Shown one piece after another: positions 46,226-59,202 of a DNA stretch of 64,000 bases. The notes under the pieces were generated by a model. That model saw only the letters and a list, made by a program, of their open reading frames with translations, was not told where the DNA came from and did not search any database. The first letter of the stretch is position 1, and every line of letters starts with the position of its first letter. This DNA is from Ophelia neglecta (lineage: Eukaryota). The stretch spans positions 37,200,001 through 37,264,000 of the forward strand of contig OZ260666.1 of NCBI GenBank assembly GCA_965285935.1. Reading direction: 5' to 3'. Position numbers and translations under genes: made by a program.

Positions 46226-46370
46226 AGGAACCGTTGGATATCCTGAAGCCCCCAAGTGATGTGGAGATTATGGAGACTGAGACTGCCACCCTTGAGTGTG
46301 AGGTCTCCAAAGCCAACCAGACCTCGAAATGGCTGAAAGAAGGAAGCAAGGAAATCAAAGATGGTGGCAG
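46226..46370 (+). CDS. Exon: Ig N-half
   Basis: cctacag|AG ... GCAG|gtcagc. Confidence 0.9.
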
Positions 46371-46580
46371 GTCAGCACAACCTATCTAATTTCATAAGAA
46401 CATCTTTGATTACTAAACAATATCACTAGTATTGTTATTTGTTTGCATCAGTAATTATAAAAATTATGTGCATGGGATAATATTTTAACATTTTAAGTTG
46501 GAGCTACAAAATTGCCTAACATATATTGTTGGTTATTTTTGTTAGTGAGAATGTATGTAACATTCCCGTTATTATAATAG

Positions 46581-46705
46581 ATTTGAGATCAGGGTTGACG
46601 GAACGAAACACACACTGGTAATCAAGGACGCAGAGCTCGGTGACCAGGCTGAATACACTGTGGTTATTGCAGACAAGTCTGCTACTGCCAAAATTTTCGT
46701 AGGAG
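46581..46705 (+). CDS. Exon: Ig C-half
   Basis: ataatag|A ... GGAG|gtaagc. Confidence 0.9.
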
Positions 46706-46820
46706 GTAAGCACAGGACCATAAAATACTCTTGTGTCTTGAAGCATTTACTAAATTCTTTTAGTAAGATACTGACTCTGTCAGGTTTAACAATTTCATTC
46801 ATATTGCTTACAATCCACAG

Positions 46821-46921
46821 AGGAGCCAGTTGAATTTATCCGTCACTTAGAGAACGTGACAATCACCGAGATCCCTGGCAAAGTCACATTTGAATGTGAG
46901 CTTTCCAAGGCCAACATCAAG
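46821..46921 (+). CDS. Exon: Ig N-part (super-repeat 1, Ig1)
   Basis: tccacag|AG ... AAG|gtatac. Confidence 0.9.
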
Positions 46922-47154
46922 GTATACTTATATCATTTTCACTTTTGGTGCTTCATTCCTCTAGAATAATTTTATCCTATATTACCATATCCAATAGCTT
47001 CATGGACCATTTTCATGTATATTTTAAACTGTTACTAAAATTACTATATTGAAATATTAAGTATTGCTGACAAGAGTTACATTCGATTAATTAATCTTTG
47101 AAGTATCTATGATGTGTTCTGGGGTTTCATCTCTCACTCATTTACCTCCTATAG

Positions 47155-47323
47155 GTACAATGGATGAAGGGAGACACTCCTATAGTCCAAAGTAGTAAAT
47201 ATAAAATCAGTATGGAGGGCAAGGTGCACCGGCTGACCATCACTGAAGTGGATGGTACAGATGTCTCTGAGTACACCGCTATGGCCAGGGGTAAAACGTC
47301 CAAGGCAGCATTATCTGTAGAAG
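47155..47323 (+). CDS. Exon: Ig C-part (SR1 Ig1)
   Basis: cctatag|GTA ... GAAG|gtgaac. Confidence 0.9.
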
Positions 47324-47451
47324 GTGAACACTCTTTTTACTTCCCCCCAAACAACTCTTTGTATTTAGTTAATGTTTATTTTATGAGTTCGTTGTGTATA
47401 TGATCAATTCCAGATTGACAGATAAAGTTTTCCAATATTGTTGTGTTTCAG

Positions 47452-47730
47452 CTGCACCTAAATTTGGTGAGTTTAATGACCAGATGATTATGAAATCTGG
47501 AAGTTCTTCATCGGTGGACATACCATTTGTTGCTCACCCCCAGCCCACAGTCTCTGTGCAGTTTAAGGGAGGAGAGGTGAGAGACGCAAACAGGATCCTC
47601 ACTAAACTGACAGAGAACCAATCCAGCTTCTCTGTTAACAAGTCAGAGAGGCCAGATACAGGCGAATACACAATAACACTGGAAAACCAGTTCGGCAAGT
47701 CCACTGGTACCATCAAGGTTCAAGTATTAG
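47452..47730 (+). CDS. Exon: Ig (SR1 Ig2)
   Basis: gtttcag|CT ... TTAG|gtgagt; 279 nt. Confidence 0.92.
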
Positions 47731-47961
47731 GTGAGTACTCAAATGAGATTAAGAATTCAAATTATATGAATCACTACACTAATATGTAAAGCATGAATTA
47801 TCCAGAAAAAACGGGCATCTATAGCCAGCAGACAGAGCAATATCCATTATCAAGATTCTATTAAGTCGGCCCAGAACCAACAGGACCTGTCAGACGAACA
47901 GGATACAGCATCAGTTTTATATATGACTAGTACACAGACAAAATGTGCTGTTTTATTTTAG

Positions 47962-48066
47962 ATAAACCAGGTCCACCATGTGACCTGGCAGTACCTGAAA
48001 TAACAGCAGAATCTGCCAACCTCACCTGGGTAGAACCAGAGGATGATGGAGGCAGTACCATTACAG
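47962..48066 (+). CDS. Exon: Fn3 N-part (SR1 Fn1)
   Basis: attttag|AT ... ACAG|gtatcc; DKPGPPCDL...W.EPEDDGGSTIT. Confidence 0.9.
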
Positions 48067-48251
48067 GTATCCACCCATTTACTCTTAGCAGCGGCATCAA
48101 TCTATGAACAAGACCCTTTGGTCTTGTGCTTACAGTAAAACTCCAACATTTGATACTATTTTTAATGATCAGACACTGAAGTTGATGTATATCTATATTC
48201 ATTATAAAGAACTTTTGGGTTTATAAAAGTATGCCTTTCTCTTGCTTGTAG

Positions 48252-48443
48252 AATATATCATTGAGAAACGTGATGTAAACCGCAAGACATGGACTGAAGT
48301 AGGCAAATGCCCTGACAAAGCCTTCACAGCAACTAAACTCCAGGAAGGTAATCAGTACCTCTTTAGAGTGGCAGCTGAGAACCAGTATGGACAGGGTCCA
48401 TTTGTGGAGTTAACCGAACCAATCACAGCGAAGAACCCATACA
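48252..48443 (+). CDS. Exon: Fn3 C-part (SR1 Fn1)
   Basis: cttgtag|AA ... TACA|gtgagt. Confidence 0.9.
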
Positions 48444-48736
48444 GTGAGTTGGGATAACATTTGTGTTATAGAAGCACCGTTTATCTGATTGAATTATGAG
48501 ATTGAACTATAAGCATGTGTGAGTTCAGAATAAACTCTAGCCTGTAAGCAATCTTTGTATATAGGCCAACATGTTGAATTTATAGAACCATATTAAAATA
48601 CCAAAATACTTGGTGTAATATAGACAATATATGAACGTTTCTATGTACGGACTTCTTCTATTGATATAAAATTTAATCTGATTTGACACGAGGTAAACAT
48701 TTGTAAAGTGTCAATAAATATGAATTTGCTACATAG

Positions 48737-49339
48737 ATAAACCAGGCCCACCTGAAGCCCCAGAAGTGTCTGAGATATTTAAAGACAACTGTCTTGTTAC
48801 GTGGAAGCCCCCAGCAGATGATGGTGGTTCACCAGTCACCGGTTACCACCTGGAACGTCGTGCCACCACAAGCAAACATTGGGTGCCGGTCAACAAGGAA
48901 CCCCTGACAGAGCTTACTTTAAAGGTGACGGAGCTCATTGAGTCCAATGACTATGTATTCCGCGTGGCTGCTGAGAACAAAGCAGGCATTGGGGAGCACA
49001 GTCCACCGTCCAAGACATTCACTGCCAAGGATCCATGGGAGAAGCCAGGAAAACCTGGACGCCCAGCTGTCAGTGACATCACTGGCGAGACCATGCATCT
49101 GACCTGGACTGCGCCAGAGAGTGATGGGGGAGCTGAGATCTTCACCTACCACATAGAGTATCGTGTGAAGGGCACCAGTAAATGGGTGGCATATGATACC
49201 AAGGAACACGTCCCTGGGGTCGAGTACACTGTGGCAGGTCTGACAGAAGACACCATGTATGAGTACAGAGAAGCTGCTGAAAACAAGGCTGGCCAAGGGC
49301 CCTGGTCTGACCCCAGTGAACCCGCCAAAACTCTCATCG
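48737..49339 (+). CDS. Exon: two Fn3 (SR1 Fn2-3)
   Basis: tacatag|AT ... ATCG|gtcagc; 603 nt. Confidence 0.92.
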
Positions 49340-49479
49340 GTCAGCTTCTTTCTCATTGACTACAAGCTTATCTGGTTTTCATGCATGCTACTGATTCTAT
49401 TCCGTATAGGTCCTTAATGGCTTTCTGTGAGTTTTTACTAAACTTTAAAATTCATTTCTCTATTAATGTGCCATTTCAG

Positions 49480-49767
49480 TTGGAGATGAGCCTGTGTTGT
49501 CAGATGGCTTAAAGGATTTGACCATTGTGTCACCCAACACAGCTACATTCAGCTGTACCATTAAACCCGGCCAGCCCAGAGCTGACATTCACTGGTTTTG
49601 TGCCAACAAGGAGATCCAGCCTGGGGACAAATACAAAATGACTTGGGAGGGAGACAAAGCAAGTCTGGACATCCAGAACAGTGTACCAGCTGACACCTCA
49701 GAGTACAGAGTGGAGGCCACCAACAAGGTGGGCAGTGTCAAGTCTGCTGCCAAACTAACTGTACACA
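49480..49767 (+). CDS. Exon: Ig (SR1 Ig3)
   Basis: atttcag|TT ... CACA|gtaagt; 288 nt. Confidence 0.92.
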
Positions 49768-50016
49768 GTAAGTATCATACTCTTGATCTCAGTCACAACT
49801 TTAGTAGGGGTAGTCAAGAAGTGTCTTATTCCCCAGAAATGCATTCACCACAACCAATGTCATTAGGTTCATTGGTGAATAATAATAACATGTTCGTTTT
49901 ATTGAATAGATAATTAATGTACCAGTAATAGGATAGGTAACTTGCTATGATCACCCAGTACACTGATATGCCTTGTCTCCCTACAGTGTTGGGTAATAAG
50001 ACCTTTCTAATTTCAG

Positions 50017-50304
50017 CTCTCCCGACCATTGAGTATGACAGCTCCCTAAAGGAGACTGTTCAGATGAAGGGAGGACAGAAGCTCTTAATTGACTGCTCTA
50101 TCTCAGCCATTCCTGATGCCTCGAGCAACTGGACCTTCAATGGCCAACCCTTGACTGCTGGTGACAATGTAGCCATCGAGACTACTGCTAAATACAACAG
50201 GCTTACCATCACTAATGTAATGGCATCCAGCTCTGGAAAGTATGAAATCAAGGCAGAGAACGTGGTTGGTGCCACAACAGCTTCATTTGATGTTGTTGTC
50301 AAAG
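50017..50304 (+). CDS. Exon: Ig (SR1 Ig4)
   Basis: atttcag|CT ... AAAG|gtagac; 288 nt. Confidence 0.92.
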
Positions 50305-50643
50305 GTAGACAATACTTTTCCAGATACATACACGAGATACCCTTGTATAAATATTGAGCTGTTCACAATCCTACTAAGACATGGTACTGAAAGAAGTGTC
50401 TGCTGCACGAAATGGCTCCAAGACCATTTTGCTATTCGGGTTGCAGGGACTTAACTCAGCGAACTTGAACAATTAAATTGTTTTAAATGCATTTATGTCA
50501 TTTAGTACATTTTGCTCATGAATCCGACTAAAGCTCAAGTTTATGATGACCAACCTAATAAAACGTTGCACAGACCAATAAAAATTTGCATGTAGAGTTT
50601 TCTATCCAAGCAAGGTAAGCACATGGATTGTTTCTACTTGCAG

Positions 50644-50795
50644 ACCGCCCGTCTCCTCCACGTAACCTGCATGCCACAGAGACCTATAAGGACTTCATTG
50701 TGGTGGCATGGGAAGTGCCTGAGTCTGATGGCGGAGATGCCATCACTCACTACTTAGTGGAGAGACGCAATGCTAACAAGGCTACGTGGATCAAG
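50644..50795 (+). CDS. Exon: Fn3 N-half (SR1 Fn4)
   Basis: cttgcag|AC ... AAG|gtatgt. Confidence 0.9.
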
Positions 50796-50921
50796 GTATG
50801 TCTCTCTTATAATAGAAAACTGCCATTGTTTTCGAATCCAATGCTTAAGGGATGAACATATCTTGATAATTTGATATCTATCTCTTAAAAGTAATTATAT
50901 CCACACGCTTCTGACATCTAG

Positions 50922-51072
50922 GTTGGCCAGACTGATGTTAACACCCTGACCATCAAGGCGACCAAACTGACAGAGAATAACCAGTATTACTTTAGAGTGG
51001 TGGCTGAGAACAGCGTGGGTGTCAGCGATCCATGTGAAACTGCTGAGCCCATTACTGCCAAACTGCCATTTG
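50922..51072 (+). CDS. Exon: Fn3 C-half (SR1 Fn4)
   Basis: catctag|GTT ... TTTG|gtaagt. Confidence 0.9.
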
Positions 51073-51203
51073 GTAAGTACTTACATCACCGAACACCTCT
51101 CTAGTTGACCCAGGGCCAACAGTCAGTTTTAGAAGTGAATTTATTTTTTAGTCATGCCTTAGTGTTGCATGCTGATTTGTATGTTTTGATGATTTCGTTT
51201 TAG

Positions 51204-51503
51204 ACAAACCAGGCCCACCCATCAATCTGCAGGCCAATGACACTACCAAGACGTCTACAGTTCTGAGTTGGGAGCCCCCAGAGAATGATGGAGGAGCCCC
51301 CATCAAGGGTTACTATGTGGAAAGAATGGCTTCATACAGTTCTCGCTGGTCAAAGGTCTCGAAGGAACTAGTTACCGAATTGACTTTGTCAATCAATGAC
51401 CTCGAAGAGAAAAATGATTATAAGTTCAGAGTGTGTGCAGTGAATGATGCCGGTGTAGGTCCACCCTGTGAGCCAATCAGCATCATCGCCAAAGATCCAT
51501 TTG
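51204..51503 (+). CDS. Exon: Fn3 (SR1 Fn5)
   Basis: gttttag|AC ... TTTG|gtaagc; 300 nt. Confidence 0.92.
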
Positions 51504-51795
51504 GTAAGCCAATGATATATCTCCTGAAAGGAACACAATAAATCTAATATTTCGTCGCTGATACAACATAGTTATTACAATTAATTTATACAATTTCACC
51601 ATATTTGAGAGATATTTTTAAAGCTGAATGTAATGAAGTGCTCCATACAAATTTTTCGTAACTTTTCTTATGGCAACTTTTATGTACATATATATGTAAA
51701 GTGAATATTTTTTATATATTTACTTTTTTTCCTAACTGCATTATTGACACAGACCTATCAATATCTCTTCAAACATGACCATTGTGTTTATACAG

Positions 51796-51922
51796 ATGTC
51801 CCAGAGGCTCCCAGCAAGCCACAAGTGACAGATATTACTGGAGACTCTGCAACATTCACATGGTCCCCTCCAGAGGACGATGGAGGAGCTCCTATCACCA
51901 ATTATGTCACTGAGTTCCGCAA
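51796..51922 (+). CDS. Exon: Fn3 N-part (SR1 Fn6)
   Basis: tatacag|AT ... CGCAA|gtaagt. Confidence 0.9.
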
Positions 51923-52044
51923 GTAAGTGTTAGCCAAAGATAAACCCTAACAGGTCTTTAATTTCAGCATGAGAGTAAAGAATAAAGGAATAATACCCAT
52001 ACCTGAGTGTAAATGTACACTAGAGTGATTGTTTTATGTTACAG

Positions 52045-52211
52045 AGTGGGAGAGACCAAATGGAAGGCTGGAAGTAAGGGCCAGACCGTGTCTGAACTCC
52101 TATTCACCGTGAAAGGCCTCACTCCTGAGGAGGACTATGAATTCCGCGTGGCTGCTGAGAATAAGGCTGGCACCGGACCCTTCTCACCTCCATCTGCTCC
52201 TAAGAAATATG
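52045..52211 (+). CDS. Exon: Fn3 C-part (SR1 Fn6)
   Basis: gttacag|A ... TATG|gtaaga. Confidence 0.9.
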
Positions 52212-52414
52212 GTAAGACACCAACATAAAACAGTTAGAAACAACGAAGAAGTTGATGCCCATTACTTTAATACGATAAGAAATTAACAATTTACATTAGT
52301 GCAAAAGAGAAAATGTGAAACTGCACCTAATAAAAACAAAATATATTGCCCAATAATAGTTGCTTACAGCTTAATAGGATGTGGTGTGTTAGACAAGACT
52401 TTGTTTGCTTACAG

Positions 52415-52565
52415 TTGAACCAATCAACTTTGTAACTCCACTTGAGGACCAGACTGTCGATGTCATTCCGGGAACCGCCAAGTTTGAGTGTGTGATCACC
52501 AAACTTGGTGCAACGGCTGAATGGCAGAAGAATGGCAAGCCAATCTCCAGCGATAAGAAACACAA
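52415..52565 (+). CDS. Exon: Ig N-half (SR2 Ig1)
   Basis: cttacag|TT ... CACAA|gtaagc. Confidence 0.9.
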
Positions 52566-52729
52566 GTAAGCCGCAGCTGTTAAGATACATAGCAAACGGT
52601 CTTATGGTTGCAGTTATAGTGGTTGATTGGGATGGCTCTGCGAAAAAGACATTTATGTGTTAATTTTATTAGCTTCTACAGATGTATAAATGTGAAGCTC
52701 TAGGATATAAATTTACTTGTTTATTGCAG

Positions 52730-52851
52730 GATATCTGTTGAGGGAGGCACTCACACATTGACTGTCAATGATGTCATTGCTGAGGATGAATGTGAATACA
52801 CAGTAGTGTTCACACCAGAAGTCAAGACATCAGGCAAATTATTTGTTAAAG
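52730..52851 (+). CDS. Exon: Ig C-half (SR2 Ig1)
   Basis: attgcag|G ... AAAG|gtaacg. Confidence 0.9.
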
Positions 52852-53039
52852 GTAACGTCGTTAAATAATGGTTTTATATTCTTTTATTTTTTAGCATTGT
52901 TTGTCTGTTTTCTAAAAGCAATTCATTGTAAAGCACACATCTATTACTTTCTGATTATGCCTGCCTTGGGGCAACGTTTAACTTGACATGTGTATTTGAG
53001 ACTCCTCTGAAAATAATGTTTTGTTTTCTTGTGTCCCAG

Positions 53040-53143
53040 TGCCACCCAAGTTTACCATTGATGAGTACACAGAGACTGTAGTCATCAAACAGGGAGAATC
53101 CAAGGTGTTTGAAATCCCATTCATGGCCAACCCACAGCCAAAG
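53040..53143 (+). CDS. Exon: Ig N-part (SR2 Ig2)
   Basis: gtcccag|TG ... AAG|gtaaat. Confidence 0.9.
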
Positions 53144-53305
53144 GTAAATAGATTTATCTTCATCAAAGTAAAGCATAACGAACTCTCAACCTATTGCAAA
53201 CCATGAACCATGTACAATGTTCGTGAAATCTTTAGATTAAACATCATAAATAGAACTAATTACAGCATATATGCAAATATTCTCATCGCTATCATTGAAT
53301 TATAG

Positions 53306-53483
53306 GTGACATGGACATTTAATGGTGAGAAAATCAAGAGGAAGAACATCCAAGAGGAGACCATTAACAACCTGACTTGCATCAGGCTGGCCAAGGGCAA
53401 ACGAGAAGACAGTGGAGATTTTGTGTGCTCCCTTGAAAGTGATCTGGGATCCGCTACATTCAAAATCAAGCTCGTTGTCATTG
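53306..53483 (+). CDS. Exon: Ig C-part (SR2 Ig2)
   Basis: attatag|GTG ... ATTG|gtgagt. Confidence 0.9.
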
Positions 53484-53614
53484 GTGAGTAAAAGGACATT
53501 TTACCTCTCCTTGATTACATTAACACCCATCCAGTATAACAGGAAATTTATTAATTTGTGATAGTATTTTGGCAGTCTATTTCTTTATCACTATTGTATT
53601 TCTTTCTTTATCAG

Positions 53615-53911
53615 ACAAGCCAGGCCCACCACAAGATTTCCAGGTGACCTCCTATGATGAGACCACATGTTCAGTCAAGTGGACAGAACCCGAAGACAAT
53701 GGAGGAACCGAAATAACTGGTTATATTCTGGAGAAACGTGAGACAACTAGGAGCACATGGTCCAACTCTATGAAGACCAAAGACAAAGACTATGTAGTGA
53801 AGAATTTGACTACTGGAAAGTCTTACCACATCCGTGTAGCTGCTAAGAATGAAGTAGGCCAGGGCCCTTGGGTTGAACTGCCAGAGCCAGTAACAGCCAA
53901 AAACATGAATG
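53615..53911 (+). CDS. Exon: Fn3 (SR2 Fn1)
   Basis: ttatcag|AC ... AATG|gtgaga; 297 nt. Confidence 0.92.
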
Positions 53912-54060
53912 GTGAGAATGTGCACATAATTACACTTTAAACCAGATAATTGTTTTTACTCAACGTTTTATATTGATGTATGGTAAAATAGTCTTAAATA
54001 GAAGGGATTAGAGAAAGTATATTTTTACTCTTCATCATGTTCATTTCAAACACATTGCAG

Positions 54061-54666
54061 ATCCGCCTGGTCCACCCGAGCAGCCGCAGGTGACGGATGT
54101 CCTAAAGGAATCCTGCACACTGACTTGGCAGCCACCAGCGTCAGATGGTGGCTCCCCTGTGATTGGATATCATGTGGAGCGCCGCCTCACTTCTAGCAAG
54201 AGGTGGCTCAAGATTACCAAGACCACCATTTCAGAGCTGACATACGCTGTCAAGGACCTGACGGAAGGAGATGAGTATGAGTTCCGCATCTGTGCCGAGA
54301 ACAAGGTGGGAGTTGGACCTCCTAGCTCACCATCTGTACCTGTGTTAGCCAAGGACCCATGGGCCCTGCCTGGCAAGCCAGGTGCCCCTCAGTTCAGTGA
54401 CATCAAGGGCACATCTATGATCCTACACTGGAGTCCGCCAGAAGATGATGGCGGAGCAGAAATCACTAACTTCCATATTGAGTATAGGTTGGAAGGCAAG
54501 GTGAAGTGGTCCCGCTATGCCTCGGACACCATCCCAAAACCAACATCAAAAGTAAAAGGTCTGATTGAGGAAACCATCTACGAGTTCCGTGTGGCAGCTG
54601 AGAACAAGGCTGGAGTTGGACCGTGGTCTGATCCCAGCGCCCCTGTGCAGGCCAAGGAACCTGTCT
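54061..54666 (+). CDS. Exon: two Fn3 (SR2 Fn2-3)
   Basis: attgcag|AT ... GTCT|gtgagt; 606 nt. Confidence 0.92.
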
Positions 54667-54959
54667 GTGAGTATTTGTTGAAGTGCCACCCAAAGTGCAA
54701 AATTTATTATACATGAAACTGTTTCAGAATATGGATGATTAAGAGACTGAACTTACGGTGATGAATGTTAACAAGAACGTAATGAAATAAGGCTTAATGT
54801 CCCACCAAAACTCCTTCCTAGTTAGGGATTGAGAAAAACTGAATCTGCACCGCATTTTTAGATACGATCTTATGGCTAAAGTGCACTTTGGCCAATGAAA
54901 TTAGACTTGGCAGCCCCAAAGTACAGAATATCTTTATAATTTTGTTTATCACTTTACAG

Positions 54960-55247
54960 TTGGCTCACCTCCTGAGGTACTGGAGCCCCTCAAGGACCAG
55001 CTGGTGGTGTCCCCCACAACAGCAACTCTGAGCTGCACCATTAGTCGTGGCGATCCAGAGGCTGTCATCTCGTGGTTCAAGAATGGCCGTGAGCTAGCTC
55101 CAGACAAGCGTTTGGTTATGACAGCCGAGGAGGCTGATGTGACCCTCACTATAAATGACACTGAATCCAGTGATCAAGGCAACTACCGCGTAGAGGCCAG
55201 CAACAAACTGGGCCGTGTGGAGACAGCTTGTAATCTGGATGTCCATG
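54960..55247 (+). CDS. Exon: Ig (SR2 Ig3)
   Basis: tttacag|TT ... CATG|gttggt; 288 nt. Confidence 0.9.
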
Positions 55248-55409
55248 GTTGGTTCTTCCTCTCAAATAGTTTGCTATAGTCCAATTAATAACTGTATCAT
55301 GAAATTGTGATTGTAATGTCTGGCCGAATGCATGTCAACAATATTTATTTCTGTTTCTATTTGTTAATATATTAATTCTTTTTTAAAGTGAATCGTTGTT
55401 GTATTATAG

Positions 55410-55697
55410 TTTCCCCTGAGATTACATACGAAGACAAATACAAGGAGACACAGACACTGAAGGCTGAATCAATCCTTGTGTTGTTAGTGACTGTATCTGG
55501 AGAACCCACACCAACAGTCACTTGGAAGCATGGAGAGGAGGTTCTCACCAGTACCAACGGTGTTAAGATTGAGACTGAAAATGGTCAGTCAAGACTCTCA
55601 GTCAAAGGTCTGACAGCCAAGAATTCTGGAAAATACACAGTAACTGCTGAAAATGTTGTTGGCAGTGCTGATGCTGAATTTACTGTCACTGTCACAG
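55410..55697 (+). CDS. Exon: Ig (SR2 Ig4)
   Basis: attatag|TT ... ACAG|gtaagt; 288 nt. Confidence 0.92.
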
Positions 55698-55809
55698 GTA
55701 AGTTGGCTGAAATGTTATTGAAACTGTTTATCAAATGAGTAAATGATTGATTAATAAACATATTAACTGCGAGGAGGCAACATTATGAGATGAACATCTT
55801 TATTTTCAG

Positions 55810-56694
55810 ATCGCCCATCTCCACCAACTAATCTACGTGTGACTGAGGTATTCAAAGACTTCATTTCTGTCACCTGGGATATCCCTGAGAGTGATGGAGG
55901 TTCCCCTATAACTGGCTACTTGGTGGAAAGGAGAGATGCCAAAAAGAAGAATTGGTTGAAGGTGGGAGAGACTGATTCGGCCACCCTAACCATCAAAGCG
56001 ACTAAGCTTGTTGAAGGCAATGAGTATTTCTTTAGAGTATATGCAATTAATGCTATAGGCCAGAGTGAGCCTACAACAACCAAGGAACCTACCAAGGCCA
56101 AGCTTCCCTTTGATCCACCCGGCCCACCCATCAATCTGAGGCCTGAGGAGGTCACCAAGGGCAGTGCCACCATTCGCTGGGAACCACCGGAGCTAGATGG
56201 TGGTTCTCCTATAAAGGGATACTATGTAGAGAAGAAATCTGGTACCCGTTGGATCAAAGTAAATAAGAAACCAGTCAAAGACTGTGTGCTTAACATGGAT
56301 GATCTGAATGAAGGTGAGACCTATGAAATCCGTGTGATGGCTGAGAATGAAGCTGGCATTGGCAAGCCATGTGATTCTACCAAGTTTGTTGCTAAAGATC
56401 CATTTGAAAAGCCTGGTAAGCCTGGAAAGCCCGAGGCAAGTAACATGACTGCCGAATCTGCCGATCTGACATGGGAACCTCCTTCTAGTGATGGTGGAGC
56501 TCCAATCTCTCACTACATCATTGAAATGAAGAAGGTTGGAGACAAAAAGTGGACCAAAGTCAAGGATACAGCTCCAGAGACTAAATTCACTGTGAAAGGT
56601 CTGAAAGAAGAAACTGAATACCAGTTCAGAGTAATTGCTGTCAACAAGGCAGGAGAAGGACCGGCCTCAGAACCATCCGAGATTGCTAAATTTG
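55810..56694 (+). CDS. Exon: three Fn3 (SR2 Fn4-6)
   Basis: ttttcag|AT ... TTTG|gtaaga; 885 nt. Confidence 0.93.
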
Positions 56695-56850
56695 GTAAGA
56701 GGAAACAATAAACAGCAAAATACATAAACAAACACTGACTTGTAAATAATAGTGTTTTAAATTGCCCTGTCTGTATCTTGTTTAAATGAAAAGATCACAA
56801 GATTCCACAGGTTACATGCACTAAGTATAATAACTTTTTTTAAATTTAAG

Positions 56851-57123
56851 TTGAGGGAATCAACTTCTTGCGACCACTTGAAGACATCAATTTGAACGAT
56901 GTTGGTCTAACAGCCCAGTTTGAATGTGAGATCTCCAAGGAAGGTCTGAAGGGAGAATGGTTCAAGAAAGACAAAGCAATCAAAGCCAGTGACAAGTATG
57001 AGATTGTAGACAAAGGTACAATCCACCAGCTACTCATCAAGGATGCTAGTGATGAAGACCAATCACAGTACACAGTCGTCTTCAGGAAAACAGCCAAAAC
57101 CACAGCAAAACTCACTGTCAATG
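56851..57123 (+). CDS. Exon: Ig (SR3 Ig1)
   Basis: atttaag|TT ... AATG|gtgagc; 273 nt. Confidence 0.9.
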
Positions 57124-57375
57124 GTGAGCAGACTCTCTTGTTTCAAAGAAAACAGTTTCTTTAGGTTTCGAATTTAAATAATACAATGATGCTCTCTCCG
57201 CATTTAAGTTATTGCCGATGTATCATACAAAACTATACTTTTGCAAGTATAGCCACGGAAGCATCTCAATCAATACATGTAATCTTGGGTTATACAACCA
57301 CCAATATTTATGAACTATGTGCACTAAATATTTAGTTATTTACTATTTAGTCATAGCTAATGTTCACATTTGCAG

Positions 57376-57657
57376 CTGCTCCTAAGTTTTCTGGAGAGAT
57401 GAGTGAGGAGATCCGTATAAAGGTTGGCAAGGCCGTTGCCAAAGAGGTGCCTTTCAAAGGCTGCCCTCAGCCCCAGGTAGAATGGGCCTTCAATGGCGGG
57501 AAACTGCCTGATGCACGCAGGATCAAAACCCAAACCATTGTCAATATGACGAGTATTACAATGGCGAAGGTTGTACGCACTGACTCGGGCAACTATACTG
57601 CCAAACTGGCTAATGAGACTGGTGATGCCACATACACCCTCAAAGTTACAGTCATTG
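57376..57657 (+). CDS. Exon: Ig (SR3 Ig2)
   Basis: tttgcag|CT ... ATTG|gttagt; 282 nt. Confidence 0.92.
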
Positions 57658-57813
57658 GTTAGTCATTTCATTAATCAAGCTTCCTCACATTGTTGAAAAA
57701 TAGTTAAAAACTATTGTTTTATTGTTTTAAGTGAATTACTTGTCATTTTACCCGACTCTTTATAATTATCAAGTAATTAACATCTGTAACATATTTTTTG
57801 CAACTACCTCCAG

Positions 57814-58110
57814 ACAAACCAAGTGCTCCCACTAATCTGAAGGTGACAGGGTTTGATGAAACAACCGTCAGTCTGTCCTGGGAGGAGCCAGAGGATGATG
57901 GAGGATGTGAGATAATTAAGTATCACATTGAAAAGCGTGAAGCTAAAAAACGTACATGGTCCAAAGTTGACAAAACCGAAGACGAAGACTTTACAGTGCA
58001 GAACCTGATCACAGGAGAGCAGTATGTCTTCAGAGTGGCTGCTGAAAATGAGTGTGGTGTGGGTGAGTTTGCTGAACTCTCGCAGGCAGTGACAGCCAAG
58101 AGCCAACATG
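57814..58110 (+). CDS. Exon: Fn3 (SR3 Fn1)
   Basis: cctccag|AC ... CATG|gtaggc; 297 nt. Confidence 0.92.
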
Positions 58111-58250
58111 GTAGGCATCTTGATTTATCCCTTTTATGTAGATAAACTTTCACAATTCTTGCACCACTAAATGTTATAATATGTCTATTGCACATTATAT
58201 ACCTGCTTTGGAGTATATGTTGTCAGTAATTTCGTCTGTATTTTCTTCAG

Positions 58251-58392
58251 ACCCACCAGGTCCTCCCAGAGATGTAAAAGTTACTGAGGTGTTTAAGGAC
58301 AACTGCACTTTGACATGGCAAACTCCAGAAACTGATGGAGGTTCACCTATTATATGCTATGTGGTAGAGCGCCGACTGACGACGAGCAAAAT
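58251..58392 (+). CDS. Exon: Fn3 N-half (SR3 Fn2)
   Basis: tcttcag|AC ... AAAAT|gtgagc. Confidence 0.9.
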
Positions 58393-58612
58393 GTGAGCCT
58401 TTAATCTCCAACTTAAAGATATACTAATTGTCTGATTATTGTTTAATGAAAAGAACATTTGAGAACATTTTCATTGCATGATAATAACATTGAAGTTTTG
58501 ATCATCTACAAATAACCAGGTGCTGCCAAAACTTAAACAAATGTACAAGATTTATGTTTGTTCATTCCCAAAGATTTCAATTTCTTTATCAATTCCAAAT
58601 GTCTTTATATAG

Positions 58613-58773
58613 GTGGCTTAAGGTGAACAAAACAACTGTAACAGAGCTGACCTTCAAGGATAGTGAGATCATTGAGGGCAATGAATATGAGTATAGAGTA
58701 TGTGCTGAGAACAAGGTGGGTGTGGGACCTCCCAGCTCACCAACCAAGCCAATCCTAGCCAAAGACCCCTGGG
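58613..58773 (+). CDS. Exon: Fn3 C-half (SR3 Fn2)
   Basis: tatatag|G ... TGGG|gtgagt. Confidence 0.9.
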
Positions 58774-58899
58774 GTGAGTGTAACCATCATATTGCATTTT
58801 GAGGCTTTGTTTTAGATGCATGCTATAGAACTGCCCAGTGAGTAACAACAACCCATTACCATGTTACATGTATATCATGAAGTTATTTGTCTTATACAG

Positions 58900-59202
58900 A
58901 ACTGCCGGGTAAACCGGGTGTACCAGAGTTCGTATCAATCAAGGATGGCAAGATAGACCTAAAATGGGCTGCTCCTGAAGAAGACGGGGGCGCTCCTATC
59001 ACTAACTACATTCTGGAATACCGTGAAGAGGGACAGCTCAAGTGGATCAGGGCCAACAAGAAAACAAACCCAGACTGCAAGTTCCTTGTCAAAGGACTGA
59101 AGACTGATGGAATCTATGAGTTCCGTGTTGCTGCTGAGAACAAGGTCGGAGTAGGACCTTACTCCGAAAGTACCACCCCAGTAAAGGCAGAAGAACCAAT
59201 TG
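58900..59202 (+). CDS. Exon: Fn3 (SR3 Fn3)
   Basis: tatacag|AA ... ATTG|gttagc; 303 nt. Confidence 0.92.
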
